Source: Dehalococcoidia bacterium (GTDB lineage: Bacteria; Chloroflexota; Dehalococcoidia; Lucifugimonadales; CAJWER01). From it: a stretch of 64,000 bases of DNA. Both the position numbers and the translations under genes were made by a program. Each line of letters starts with the position of its first letter. Position 1 is the stretch's first letter. A model generated the notes under the pieces. That model was not told the origin of the DNA. It saw only the letters and a program-made list of their open reading frames with translations, and did no database searches. Positions 1 to 9,899 of the stretch are shown here, piece by piece. The stretch lies in NCBI GenBank assembly GCA_965116315.1, contig OZ220672.1:579208-643207 (forward strand), written 5' to 3'.

Positions 1-1
1 C

Positions 2-877
2 CTGGGGCTGGCGATCTGCAAGGGGATAGTGGAGGCCCACGGGGGACGCATCTGGGCCGAGAGTGACGGGCCGGGCCTGGGGGCGCGGTTCGTATTCACC
101 ATGCCGGTGGTCCAGGAAGCCGAACCTGCCCGTCGTACCACACGTTCTCAGGACAGCCGGCAGTCCCAGGGAGCGGTCCTGGTGGTAGACGACGACCCCA
201 CATTGCTGAGGTCGGTTCGAGACGCCCTCTCGACGGCGGGCTTCCACCCGGTAGTTACGTCGGAGCCGGAGGAGGCGCTGGCGCTGATGGAGGAACACAG
301 CCCCCGCCTGGCCCTGCTGGACCTGATGCTGCCGGAGCACGACGGCGAGGAGCTGATGGGGGACATCCTGTCCGTTTCCCGCATCCCGGTGATATTCCTG
401 TCTGCCTACGGCAAGGACGAGGTCGTCGCCAGGGTCCTGGAGCAGGGAGCCACCGACTACATCGTCAAGCCATTCTCGCCCACGGAGCTGGTGGCCAGGG
501 TGAAGGCTGCCCTGCGCCGGTTCGGGGAACCGGAGCGCCCCGAGCCGTCAGGGACCTTCGAGCTGGGCGACCTGAGCATCGACTACGCCCAGCGCAGTGT
601 GACGGTTTCGGGGCGCCCGGTGCCCTTGACGTTCACCGAGTTCGACCTGCTGACGGGGCTCGCCGTGGATGCTGGGCGTGTGGTGTCCCATGACCGGCTA
701 ATGAGGCGGGTGTGGAGTCCGGCAAGGCCGGGGAACCTGCGGGTGCTGCGCACGCACCTGATGAGGCTTCGCCGCAAGCTGGGCGAGGATGCCGACAACC
801 CGAGGTACATCTTCGCCGAGCCCCGCGTCGGCTACCGGATGCCGAAGGGCAAGACGAGCCGGGAGGCGCGAAAGTGA
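2..877 (+). CDS. Hybrid sensor histidine kinase C-terminus fused to an OmpR-type response regulator (5' end cut by window edge)
   Basis: Frame 2 is open from nt 2. [21 protein letters not shown]...FVFTMP (end of the HATPase domain) continues without a stop into a receiver domain (VLVVDDDP...[10 protein letters not shown]...KPF) and a winged-helix Trans_reg_C-like tail (LTFTEFDLL...RVGYRM). Confidence 0.8.
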   Translation: MGLAICKGIVEAHGGRIWAESDGPGLGARFVFTMPVVQEAEPARRTTRSQDSRQSQGAVLVVDDDPTLLRSVRDALSTAGFHPVVTSEPEEALALMEEHSPRLALLDLMLPEHDGEELMGDILSVSRIPVIFLSAYGKDEVVARVLEQGATDYIVKPFSPTELVARVKAALRRFGEPERPEPSGTFELGDLSIDYAQRSVTVSGRPVPLTFTEFDLLTGLAVDAGRVVSHDRLMRRVWSPARPGNLRVLRTHLMRLRRKLGEDADNPRYIFAEPRVGYRMPKGKTSREARK

Positions 878-1200
878 ACCTATGTTTTAATCCGGAGGAG
901 AATGGCCATCACCATGATTGTGCGGACAACCGTCGGGCTGATGCCGGCGTACCCGGCGGTGTACACCGGTGGCCCACATGAAGCGGCAAGATCTGAGAGA
1001 CTAGGTGTCTGTTCCGGTGTGCCGTAGTGGTACTGATGTGGCACTTGGGGCTCAGCTATGGCGGAGTCCTATGGCCTACGAATCCTGCCTGGGACGCCAC
1101 CTACCCCTCCTGCCGGTACCAGCGCCTTCCCATACGTCCACCAAGTCAGCAATAATAGGCATTCTCTCGCCCAAAGCCCTTTCCCTTAGGGAGGCAGACC

Positions 1201-2487
1201 ATGGGAAGATACAATCTGAAGTACGGGACGATGAGCGCGCCGGTCGAGCGGGACCCGGGCGAGCCGTCCTGCTATACGGACGAATGGAAGCGCAGCAGCC
1301 CGGACTACGTGGTGTACCTTCCGCAGGAGTTCATCGGGCACGACACAGACAACGTGCACTTCCTCGTAGTTGCCACGACGAAGGGCAACCTGATTGGGAC
1401 GTGGTGCCAGGGCACCTATGAGGCGGCGGACAACTCGTGCGTGGTAGTTGCCCGCAGCGAGGACGGGGGCGAGACGTGGAGCGCGCCCTATGAGATCGAC
1501 GGGCCCAACGAGGCCAGGTACAAGTGCGCCTTCTACGGCTTCCCAATTGTCAGCGACTCCGGGCGCGTCTACATCTTCTACATAAAGCGCCAGGAGCACA
1601 GCGACATGGGAAGTAACTCCCACGGGTTGATTCGCTGTCGTTATTCGGACGACGAGGGGCTGACCTGGTCGGACCCCGAGGTGATCCCAATGAACCGCCG
1701 GCCCTGGGACGACCCTGATCCCGAGCTACCGCCCAACTGGATCGGCTGGGTCAACGCCATTCGCGACTCGAAGGGCAGGTGGCTCTGGGCGTTCGGCCGG
1801 TGGAATCCCAACCGGGACGACTACCCCAAGGACAGGGCCTTCCTGGAGTTCATGCGCTTCAACAACATCGACGAGGGGCCGGAGCCCAAGGACATCGACA
1901 TCACCTGGCTGCCTGACGAGCCGGTGGCCGGCTTGCCCAAGTGGGGGATGGAGCCGTGCCCGGTGCTGCTGCCGGACGGACGGCTCTTCATGGTCCTGAG
2001 GACGAGCGTCGGCTCGGTCTACTACACGGTGTCTGAGGACGACGGGGCGACGTGGAGGACGGTGGAGCCGATGCGGTACAGGGACGGCGGCGAGCGCGTT
2101 CTGAACCCCGGCAGCCCGCCGCCGCTGTTCGCCCTGGGGGACGGCCGCTACCTACAGCAGACCCACAACAACGACGGCTCCGCCAGCTCGGGCCCTCAGC
2201 CGATGTGGGGCCGTCCGTACTTGTTCAATCGCAGGTCGATGTTCTTCCTGCTGGGCGAGTACAGGCCAAACGCCCGCCAGCCCATATGGTTCAGCCAGCC
2301 CAAGCTGTTCGCCGACAGCGACGGCGTGTCTGCGGGCGTGCAGAACCGGACAGAGATGGGGACGTACGACAGCCTGACGGAGCTGGACGGCAAGCGCATC
2401 GTCTGGTACCCGGACCGCAAGCACTTCCTGCTGGGCAAGGATGTCACCGACGAGTGGCTGTCGGACATGGAGGTGCCGGCCGAGTAG
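1201..2487 (+). CDS. BNR/Asp-box repeat, sialidase-like glycoside hydrolase family protein
   Basis: 428-aa ORF with three Asp-box motifs (SEDGGETWS, SDDEGLTWS, SEDDGATWR). GGGAGG lies 6 nt upstream of the ATG. Confidence 0.75.
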   Translation: MGRYNLKYGTMSAPVERDPGEPSCYTDEWKRSSPDYVVYLPQEFIGHDTDNVHFLVVATTKGNLIGTWCQGTYEAADNSCVVVARSEDGGETWSAPYEIDGPNEARYKCAFYGFPIVSDSGRVYIFYIKRQEHSDMGSNSHGLIRCRYSDDEGLTWSDPEVIPMNRRPWDDPDPELPPNWIGWVNAIRDSKGRWLWAFGRWNPNRDDYPKDRAFLEFMRFNNIDEGPEPKDIDITWLPDEPVAGLPKWGMEPCPVLLPDGRLFMVLRTSVGSVYYTVSEDDGATWRTVEPMRYRDGGERVLNPGSPPPLFALGDGRYLQQTHNNDGSASSGPQPMWGRPYLFNRRSMFFLLGEYRPNARQPIWFSQPKLFADSDGVSAGVQNRTEMGTYDSLTELDGKRIVWYPDRKHFLLGKDVTDEWLSDMEVPAE

Positions 2488-2518
2488 CCCGGGGGCACAC
2501 CAACCCCTGTGCGGTCGC

Positions 2519-3163
2519 CTACTTCAGGCTGGCGATTGGCCCCGGGCACTTGATCTGGGATAGCAGGGCCAGGCCGCGATTTGCCTCGCTCTCGAGGTCC
2601 TGGAGGACTGTGTTGCTCTGTACGGTGGCCGGCTCGACTGCCCTGTACTCCGCAACGTAGGCCTGCGCCGCCGCGAGCTGTCCCTCCCATTGGGGCAGCA
2701 GGGAGCAGATGTGCTCAGTCTCATCCCCGTCGATGACGCCGTCGGCCGTGCTGGCCTTCGTGCTGGACAGGAAGGCCCTGAGGTTTGACCAGTGCTCGGT
2801 GCGCTCGTTCCAGCGTGCGAGCCTGGCCTCCTCTTCAGGACTGTTCTCCAACCCAAGCGCGGACTTGATTCTCAGGTAGGTGTTGAGGCTGACGCTGTAT
2901 GTTCCCGGCGCGTCGGCCTGGAAGTCTTCGAGCTCGGCCCTGGCCGTGGTGTAGCCGTCGGTGTCGGGGTTGAGGATCAGCGGCGGCTCGCCCTCCGCCG
3001 AAATGAAGAATACCCCGGTGGCGGCCCAGTAGTTACTCTGAGGCGAGACTATGAACACCCAGACGATCGCGCCGATAGCGGTCGCGGCGACGATAGCCCA
3101 TTGCCTGGCAGTCAGGCCCCGTGGGTCACCGGACTGCACGCGCTCTTCCACACTCATCTTCAT
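2519..3163 (-). CDS. Hypothetical membrane-anchored protein
   Basis: ORF 2519..3196. A GGAGGGAAGGGAAG purine tract precedes the internal ATG at 3163 (MKMSVEE...). One hydrophobic helix (WAIVAATAIGAIVWVFIV). No recognisable domain. Confidence 0.45.
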   Translation of the reverse strand: MKMSVEERVQSGDPRGLTARQWAIVAATAIGAIVWVFIVSPQSNYWAATGVFFISAEGEPPLILNPDTDGYTTARAELEDFQADAPGTYSVSLNTYLRIKSALGLENSPEEEARLARWNERTEHWSNLRAFLSSTKASTADGVIDGDETEHICSLLPQWEGQLAAAQAYVAEYRAVEPATVQSNTVLQDLESEANRGLALLSQIKCPGPIASLK

Positions 3164-3420
3164 GGCCCTGCTTCCCTTCCCTCCGTACGCACGCATCCAG
3201 TGTCCCCAACCCGTTTAGCCCGCTTCAAGGCCTTCTACCCTTACCTTTTGCAACGTATGGGGCGTGCTGGGGTTGGCAGCCTGACGGCCCACAGGAGGGG
3301 ACGAGCAAGGGGTGCATGGGAGATGGCGCGTGCTGACTGGACGCAGTTCAGGGGCTATCGGACTCGCGGAAGAGAACCCGCGTCCAGTCGGCGGCTAGTG
3401 CGGGGCAGGCTCGCCTAGCT

Positions 3421-5337
3421 TCAACAGGGTTCAGCACCGGGTCCCACCGGCCTTATGCCCAGGCGGCTGAGGGTGGCCGGGTCGAAGGGATTCCCTCCAT
3501 CGCGCAGGGTCCTCAGCCAGGACGACCGGCTGGCGTGGTAGTTTTGCCGGCAGCTCTCCTTGAAGGAGGCGTTCACCCAGTCCAGGAATGCTTCGAACTC
3601 GGCTATCGCGTCGGCGTGCCGTCCCATGGTTGCGTAAACGAGCCCGCGGGCGTCCCTGGCCTCCCCGACGTTGGCCGCGACCGCTGCGTCGCAGTAGGGC
3701 AGGGCCTTCGCCGGCTTTCCGCTGACCCCCATCTGCCAGCACAGGGTCCTGTTGTAGGACGGGTCCTCCGGGCGAAGCTTGCGTGCGCGCTGCAAGTCGG
3801 CGACAGAAGCGTCGAGATCTCCAAGAGCCGAATGGATCAGCCCACGGTTGTAGTAGGCGCTGGGCGAATCGGGCGCCAGCTCGATGGCCCTTTCGAAGTC
3901 CTGCCTTGCCAGGTCGAGGTTGCCCGCGCCACCGCGCACCAGGTATGCGTTGCCCCTCGTCAGGTACGCCTGGGCAAGATCGGGCTCGATCCTTAGCGCG
4001 CGTTCCAGGTCGCCGAAGGCGCGATCCAGGTCTCCGGGGCCGTTTCTCTGCACGTACGCGCCGGCCCTGTTGACGTAGGCGGGGGCGTAGTCGACCCGAA
4101 GGGTCATGGACTTGGTGAGGTTGGCGATAGCGTGATCGAGGTCTTCGCCGCTGCCGCTCTCCATGTAGGCCACCGCCCGGTTCAGGTACGTCGCGGCGTC
4201 TTCGGGGTCGATCTCGGCTGCAGTAGTCAGGTCTGCCAGCGCCAGCTCCACGTCGCCGCCGGCCCCCCGGTCGAGATATGCGAGGGCCCGGCTGTTGTAC
4301 GTGTCGACCGACCTTGGTCGCACGGACAGCACCTGGGTGAAGAGCCCTATCGCCTCGTCCAGGTCCGTCGACTCCCCGCCCTGGTATGCCCGCCCCAGCC
4401 GAAAGCGTAGGCTCGCCAGCGTGTCGGGGTCCGTTGGAGGCTCGTTCATCGCGCGCAGCAGCACGAGCCTGGCCGCGTGGAAGGACTCCTGGTCCAGGTA
4501 GAGCTGGCCAAGCGTCAACAGCGCCGCGTATCGCACCTCCTCGGCTAGCCCGACGTTGATGGTGGCGGGCAGCTCCGAGGGCGACGTAGCCAGGTCTACG
4601 ACCTGCTGGTCGTGGGGCTCGGAGCGGGTCTGCGGCATCGTGAACGAGGCGACCACCCGCCCGCTGTCGTACTCGCCCCAGATGACGATCTTTGCGCCCG
4701 ACTGGAGTCCTGCCGCGACGGCCGCCTCCTCGGCGGCGATCTCGTCCGGCCACTCGGCCGTCCTCACGTCCGGCAGGCCCGCGGCCGCTATCTCCCGCTC
4801 TATCTGCTCCTTGAGGCGCCCGTGGACGTTGAAGCCGTGCTGTCCGCCCGTGTAATTGACGAAGGGCGCCATTACGATCAGGGACTCGCCCCCCTCGGCG
4901 GATGGGTAAGGGGCGCTTCTCAGCACCCTAAACGCCATCAAGCCTCCCAGGATCAAAACCAGCAGGGCGGCCGCCGCGGCCATGGGCCAGAGGTCTCTCC
5001 TGTGGAGCCACCGCTTCCGGCTCGAGGGCATTTCGGGCGTCTCAGGAGGACTTGCATCCAGCGGATCCGGCGGTACGGGTTCTGCCGGCGCATCGGTTGG
5101 GGGCTCTTCACTGGGAGGGAAACCGGCCGCCAGGAGGAATTCAGCCTTCTCCTCCGTGGTCAGGCGCAGAAGGTCCGCGCAGCGGGCCACGTCGTCGCTA
5201 TGCCGGGGCCGTGTGGTGACTCCGAGCTTCCAGCGGACGAGGGTGAGGCGGCTAATGCCGATGCGGCGGGCCAGCTCGGCGTCGCCGATGCCGGTCCGGG
5301 CCATGTATGCGGTCAGCAGCTCTGCGAAAGTCCCCAA
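3421..5337 (-). CDS. Membrane-anchored XRE-type HTH regulator with C-terminal TPR repeats
   Basis: N-terminal HTH (LARRIGISRLTLVRW), Pro-rich linker, one TM helix (LWPMAAAAALLVLILGGLMAF), then many TPR-like units (A.AY.NRG..Y). TTG start. Confidence 0.7.
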   Translation of the reverse strand: MGTFAELLTAYMARTGIGDAELARRIGISRLTLVRWKLGVTTRPRHSDDVARCADLLRLTTEEKAEFLLAAGFPPSEEPPTDAPAEPVPPDPLDASPPETPEMPSSRKRWLHRRDLWPMAAAAALLVLILGGLMAFRVLRSAPYPSAEGGESLIVMAPFVNYTGGQHGFNVHGRLKEQIEREIAAAGLPDVRTAEWPDEIAAEEAAVAAGLQSGAKIVIWGEYDSGRVVASFTMPQTRSEPHDQQVVDLATSPSELPATINVGLAEEVRYAALLTLGQLYLDQESFHAARLVLLRAMNEPPTDPDTLASLRFRLGRAYQGGESTDLDEAIGLFTQVLSVRPRSVDTYNSRALAYLDRGAGGDVELALADLTTAAEIDPEDAATYLNRAVAYMESGSGEDLDHAIANLTKSMTLRVDYAPAYVNRAGAYVQRNGPGDLDRAFGDLERALRIEPDLAQAYLTRGNAYLVRGGAGNLDLARQDFERAIELAPDSPSAYYNRGLIHSALGDLDASVADLQRARKLRPEDPSYNRTLCWQMGVSGKPAKALPYCDAAVAANVGEARDARGLVYATMGRHADAIAEFEAFLDWVNASFKESCRQNYHASRSSWLRTLRDGGNPFDPATLSRLGIRPVGPGAEPC

Positions 5338-5604
5338 GTGTTACATCTCCGATACACAGACAGCGGCGAATGTAACAACTGTGTCGTTCGGAGTGTACAT
5401 GATTCCAGGCGATGCTGGATGTATGACGCAGGAGAACGCGGCGGCTTCGAAACGCGCAGATGGGAGCGGGCTGCGATTCCTGTCAAGCCCAGCTAACCCT
5501 CCTGGCGGTTCCAGCGTTTCACCGTTTGGGCGCTCGAACAAATCCGCCCATGGACGGGCAAAATGCAACGAAAGCCGGCTATAGATTATCCTAGGAGGTT
5601 CGGA

Positions 5605-7734
5605 ATGCACTTCATTGGAGGAATTGGGTCACGAATCATGGATGGCACCGGCTTCGGGAACACCGGCAGGGTCCTGCTCGCTTCGCTTGCCGCGATGCTC
5701 GTTCTCACAGTCGCCGCGTGCGGGTCGTCCGAGGAGGGCACTTCGCCGGCGGCCGCAGAGATCGCCGCGGCAGTCGAAAGGGCCGTCGCCCCGGAGGGCC
5801 AGCTGACCGCCGACGATGTCGCCAAGATCGTCGAGGAGTCCAAGGACGGTAACTTGACCGCCGCCGACGTACAGAAGATCGTACAGGAATCCTCGGGACA
5901 GCAACTTACTGCCGCCGACGTGCAGCGGGTTGTCGACGCGTCGGCCGGCGGCCAGCTAACCGCCGCCGACGTGCAGAGGATCGTCGAATCGTCTGTGGGG
6001 AAGGCGGTGTCCGAAGCGGTGGCCGCGGCGCCCGTGGCGTCTCAGCAGCAGTCCGGTTCGCAGTCGACGGCCAAGGGTTCGGAGGCTGCGGCGGCACCTA
6101 GCGCGGCGCCCACGCCGGCGCGCCAACTGGCGCTCGCGCGATTGCCGTCGTTGAGTGCCGAGTCGTCGCAGCAGTCCTCATCTGGTGGCGCATCGGCGGC
6201 GCAGCAGGCGCCGCCTTTGGGTCAGGGCGGCCCCGTGGTGAAGCAGGCGGGCGCTGTGCCTCCTGTCAGCCGCCCGGCGCCAGTGAGCCCGCCGCCGGCG
6301 ACGACGTTCCGGGACTACCAGCAGTCCAGGTTCGCGTCGACTATCGAGGACAGTGTGTCGACGTTCAGTCTCGATGCCGACCGCACGTCGTTCCAGCTCG
6401 CGCTGAACTGGGCGCGGGCGGGTCATGCGGTCGAACCGGACTCAGTGCGGGCGGAGGAGTGGATCAACGCCTTCGACTACAACTACCCGCCTCCGCCTCA
6501 CCAGGACAGCTTCGCCATTACCACGGACGTGTCCGCCCACCCGCTGGACGGCGGCATGCACCTGGTCCGGCTTGGCTTCCAGGCGCCGGAGCTGGAGGAT
6601 GACACGCCGCTCAACGTGACGCTGGTGCTCGATGCTTCGGGGTCGATGGCGGACGGCAACCGTGTCGCGATAGCCCGAGAGGCCGCCGATAGCATCAGGC
6701 GCAGCCTGGGGAGCCGCGACCGGATCGGCGTCGTCCACTTCACGACGGACGTGATCGATGAGCTGACGGTCGAGCACGCCGGGCCCGACGACCGCGCCGT
6801 GCGCAGGTCTATAAGCCGTCTCGCCCCACACGGGAGCACGAACGTGCAGGCCGGTCTCAATCTCGGGGTGAGGCTGGCTGACCGTGTGCGCCGGGAGCGC
6901 CCTGAGGCGTACAACTACATCATCCTGATGTCGGACGGCGTGGCGAACGTGGACGCGACGGACCCGTTCGCGATCCTGGAGTCGGCGTACGACGCTGACA
7001 GCGGCAACCCGCTCAGGCTGATCACCATCGGCGTGGGAATCAACAACTACAACGACTACCTGCTGGAGCAGCTTGCCCAGCACGGGAACGGCTGGTACCG
7101 GTACCTGAGTGACACTGAGCAGGCACGGGCGACGTTCAGCCGCGAGAGCTGGCTTGCGCTGTCGATTCCATTTGCCGACCAGACACGCGCACAGGTCACG
7201 TGGAACGACCAGGTCGTCGAGTCCTGGCGCATGATCGGCTATGAGAACCGCGTGACGTCCGACGAGTCGTTTGTCGAGGACCGCAAGGAGTTTGCGGAGA
7301 TTCCGGTCGGCGCCGCGACGACGGTCTTCTATGAAGTCAGGGTACGCGAGGACGCACTGAGCAGGCCGTCCAAGCAGGTCGAGCTTGGGGGCGTCCAGCT
7401 CAGGTGGGTAACTCCGATGAGCGGGCTGACCAACAGGCAGTCTGCCTCGATGGTGTCCCGGCTGGACGGCGACCTGTGGAGCATAGGCGACCCGCTGCTG
7501 GACTTCGGCGCAGTGGTCGCGCTGGCGTCGGACCGCTACAGCAGCCTTCCCTACGTGGACGGAGAGGGAACGGGGACGGTCAGGAGCGACCTGTGGATCC
7601 TGTACGACCGGCTGCAGCCGCTGCGGGACCAGCTAGGGCACCTGGATTCCTACCAGGACTTCGCATTCCTGATGGAGCACATGACGGCTGACATGCCGCA
7701 GCACGTGGTCACGAAGTCGGGCTACAGCCGCTAG
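5605..7734 (+). CDS. von Willebrand factor type A domain lipoprotein (YfbK-like)
   Basis: AGGAGG lies 6 nt upstream of ATG 5605. Lipoprotein-type signal (LVLTVAACGSS). YfbK-like module (FSLDADRTSF...EEWINAFDY) followed by a vWA domain with MIDAS motif LVLDASGSM. Confidence 0.8.
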   Translation: MHFIGGIGSRIMDGTGFGNTGRVLLASLAAMLVLTVAACGSSEEGTSPAAAEIAAAVERAVAPEGQLTADDVAKIVEESKDGNLTAADVQKIVQESSGQQLTAADVQRVVDASAGGQLTAADVQRIVESSVGKAVSEAVAAAPVASQQQSGSQSTAKGSEAAAAPSAAPTPARQLALARLPSLSAESSQQSSSGGASAAQQAPPLGQGGPVVKQAGAVPPVSRPAPVSPPPATTFRDYQQSRFASTIEDSVSTFSLDADRTSFQLALNWARAGHAVEPDSVRAEEWINAFDYNYPPPPHQDSFAITTDVSAHPLDGGMHLVRLGFQAPELEDDTPLNVTLVLDASGSMADGNRVAIAREAADSIRRSLGSRDRIGVVHFTTDVIDELTVEHAGPDDRAVRRSISRLAPHGSTNVQAGLNLGVRLADRVRRERPEAYNYIILMSDGVANVDATDPFAILESAYDADSGNPLRLITIGVGINNYNDYLLEQLAQHGNGWYRYLSDTEQARATFSRESWLALSIPFADQTRAQVTWNDQVVESWRMIGYENRVTSDESFVEDRKEFAEIPVGAATTVFYEVRVREDALSRPSKQVELGGVQLRWVTPMSGLTNRQSASMVSRLDGDLWSIGDPLLDFGAVVALASDRYSSLPYVDGEGTGTVRSDLWILYDRLQPLRDQLGHLDSYQDFAFLMEHMTADMPQHVVTKSGYSR
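5797..6000 (+). repeat. Four in-frame tandem 51-bp repeats inside the vWA gene
   Basis: Units at 5797-5847, 5848-5898, 5899-5949 and 5950-6000 encode GQLTADDVAKIVEESKD / GNLTAADVQKIVQESSG / QQLTAADVQRVVDASAG / GQLTAADVQRIVESSVG. Confidence 0.85.
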
Positions 7735-8020
7735 GGTTGGGGTGACGACCAGTCAGCGCAGGCAACCTCCCGCCTGCCTGACCGGCCACCAACATTGCGC
7801 GTGAGGCGCCAGCATCGGCGGGCTCGATATCGGGTCCGCCGGTGCTTCACGTTAGGGACCGGAAGATGAGAGCCGAGGTGGTGTTGGTATTCTTGACGGT
7901 CCTATGGCTCGGCGGCTGCCCATCATGTCATGCCGGACGGAGCCCTTCGGCAGGGTCAGGACAGGCTCAGCTTAAAGACGCTGCCGGCAGTACAACCCCG
8001 GCCCTGTGAACAGCCGCCTT

Positions 8021-8047
8021 AGATTCCTCGCTGCGCTCGGAATGACG
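8021..8047. repeat. Short intergenic hairpin repeat, family D (AGATTCCTCGCTGCGCTCGGAATGACG)
   Basis: ATTCC/GGAAT stem. A second, slightly expanded copy lies at 28999-29037. Confidence 0.65.
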
Positions 8048-8064
8048 CGATATGTCAACACTGC

Positions 8065-9879
8065 CTAGTGAAACTGGTCCGACCTAGGCCCGAGGATGCG
8101 TCCTGCCAGGGCGCCGGTAGGCTTGCCGTGCTTCAGCGCGGTCTGGCCGTTCACTAGCACCAGGTCGACGCCTTCGCTGTAGCGGTGCGGAGTGCGGAGG
8201 TTGGAGTGGCCGCGTATGGCATCCAGGTCGAGGACTACGATGTCGGCCTTCGCGCCCTCGCGGATGATCCCCCTGTCGGACCATCCCAGGATCTCGGCGG
8301 GCAGTCCGGTGCAGGACCGTATGGCATAGGGGAGGGAGATCGTGCCGCGCTCCATCGCGTACTTGCGGAGCTTGGTCGCATACGTCGAGTAGGCCCTGAT
8401 TGCCTGGGGCGCGCCAAGCTGGCCGCCGACGGCGCCGAAGTAGGGGAAGTCGCCGTCGCTGCCGGTCGCGACGAAGTCCTTTGCCATTGCGTACTCCAGG
8501 TCGTCTTCGGAGTGCAGGATGGCTATGGCCCGCGCGCCCTCGAGTCCGAGAGTGATGGCGGCGTCCACCTCGCCCAGGCCCATCTCGTCTGCCGCATCCG
8601 CCAGCGGCACAAGCTCGAGGTGGGGCAGGGACGTGCCGAAAACGAGCAGGTTGTCGGGCCCTCCCTGGCCATCAAGGTGCGCCTCTACCTCCGTCGCTAT
8701 GCGGCGTCGTTCGTTCGTGTCTTGCATTCGCGCCATGAAGCGGGCGCGGGCCGAGGGGTTGCCCGGGCCCTGGGGCACGCCGTTCCAGGACGCTGCACCC
8801 ATCAGGGCGCTGCCCTCCAGCGGCGTTGCGCGGGCCAACGAGCTGGACACGGAGTCGAGCAGGAGGTCCGGCCTGTCTCGCCAGAATGCGGTCTCCTCCG
8901 GGTCGGGGAGCGCCCCCGCCAGGCTGGCGCGTAGGGTCAGCAGCGATTCGATGGGAAGTGACCCGAGCGCGTCGCGTATGTCCCGCTCCGTGTCTTCCAC
9001 CGCGCCGGGCGAGCCGCTCCACGTCTCGGGCGGGATGAGCGGAACGGGACCGCCCTCGACGAAGGGGTATTGGTCGGCGTACACGCGCACGCCGCGGTTC
9101 CTGGCGCTCTCGATCAGGTCGGTTGCCTGCCTGAGCCTGCCCCAGTTCCTGCGATAGACGGCCTTGAAGTGGGTCACGACCGTCGTCGCGCCCGAGCGCT
9201 CGCCTATGGAGATGGCCTCCTCCACGGCCTCTATCAGCCGGTCGGCCTCGTCGCGGACGTGCGTGTGGTAGATGCCGCCGAAGCGGGCGGCCTCACGCAC
9301 CAGCTCGACTATGCCGGCGGTGTCGAAGTACATGCCGGGCGCGAAGATCAGCCCTGAGGAGATGCCGATAGCTCCGCTGCCCATGGCTTCGCGGATACGG
9401 CCTTTCATGGCATCCATCTCGCCGGGAGTGGGCTCGCGGTCGGCCATCCCCATCACCTGCCGGCGCACCTGTCCCAAGCCGACCATCAGGGCCGCGTTCG
9501 TGCCGATGCCCTGGGAGACGAGCTTCGACGACAGGTCGTTCATCGAGCTGTGTATCGGCCACGCGCCGTAGCCGTCCGCCCCGCCGAGCACCGTGGTCAC
9601 GCCCTGCTTCAGGTGGTGGACGCTCGGCGCAAGCTCAGGGTAGGGGAGGCCGCGCTCGGCGTGTGTGTGCATGTCGATGAACCCGGGCGCGACGTGCCTG
9701 CCGGTGGCGTCGATTGTGCGGCCGGCAGAGTGGTGCTCCAGGTCACCGACGGCGGCTATGGTGTCGCCTACGATGCCCAAGTCGGCCTTGACGGGGCCTG
9801 TGCCGGTGCCGTCGAGGACTAGGCCGTTGCGTATGGCTATGTCGAAATCCGACGCTATTCTGACACCCTCGGCGCGCAA
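8065..9879 (-). CDS. N-acyl-D-amino-acid deacylase (D-aminoacylase) family amidohydrolase
   Basis: IRNGLVLDGTG...ATGRHVAPGFIDMHTHAE metal-binding N-terminus, plus GVTT, IYHTHVRDE and VTHFK motifs typical of the family. TTG start 20 nt after the mmsA stop. Confidence 0.85.
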   Translation of the reverse strand: MRAEGVRIASDFDIAIRNGLVLDGTGTGPVKADLGIVGDTIAAVGDLEHHSAGRTIDATGRHVAPGFIDMHTHAERGLPYPELAPSVHHLKQGVTTVLGGADGYGAWPIHSSMNDLSSKLVSQGIGTNAALMVGLGQVRRQVMGMADREPTPGEMDAMKGRIREAMGSGAIGISSGLIFAPGMYFDTAGIVELVREAARFGGIYHTHVRDEADRLIEAVEEAISIGERSGATTVVTHFKAVYRRNWGRLRQATDLIESARNRGVRVYADQYPFVEGGPVPLIPPETWSGSPGAVEDTERDIRDALGSLPIESLLTLRASLAGALPDPEETAFWRDRPDLLLDSVSSSLARATPLEGSALMGAASWNGVPQGPGNPSARARFMARMQDTNERRRIATEVEAHLDGQGGPDNLLVFGTSLPHLELVPLADAADEMGLGEVDAAITLGLEGARAIAILHSEDDLEYAMAKDFVATGSDGDFPYFGAVGGQLGAPQAIRAYSTYATKLRKYAMERGTISLPYAIRSCTGLPAEILGWSDRGIIREGAKADIVVLDLDAIRGHSNLRTPHRYSEGVDLVLVNGQTALKHGKPTGALAGRILGPRSDQFH

Positions 9880-9899
9880 GCTTTACCCATCAGGGTGCG

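Noticed and set aside
7866-8009. 47-codon ORF with a lipoprotein-like N-terminus (MRAEVVLVFLTVLWLGGC...)
   Set aside because: It is below the track threshold and has a weak ribosome-binding site. Its C-terminal half is the translation of family C repeat DNA (..SPSAGSGQAQ..). Probably fortuitous.
8065-9879. D-aminoacylase appears longer (604 aa) than I expect for the family; considered a fusion or insertion
   Set aside because: I cannot delimit an insertion without an alignment. The sequence reads as one continuous amidohydrolase with family motifs spread along its length, so no separate claim is made.
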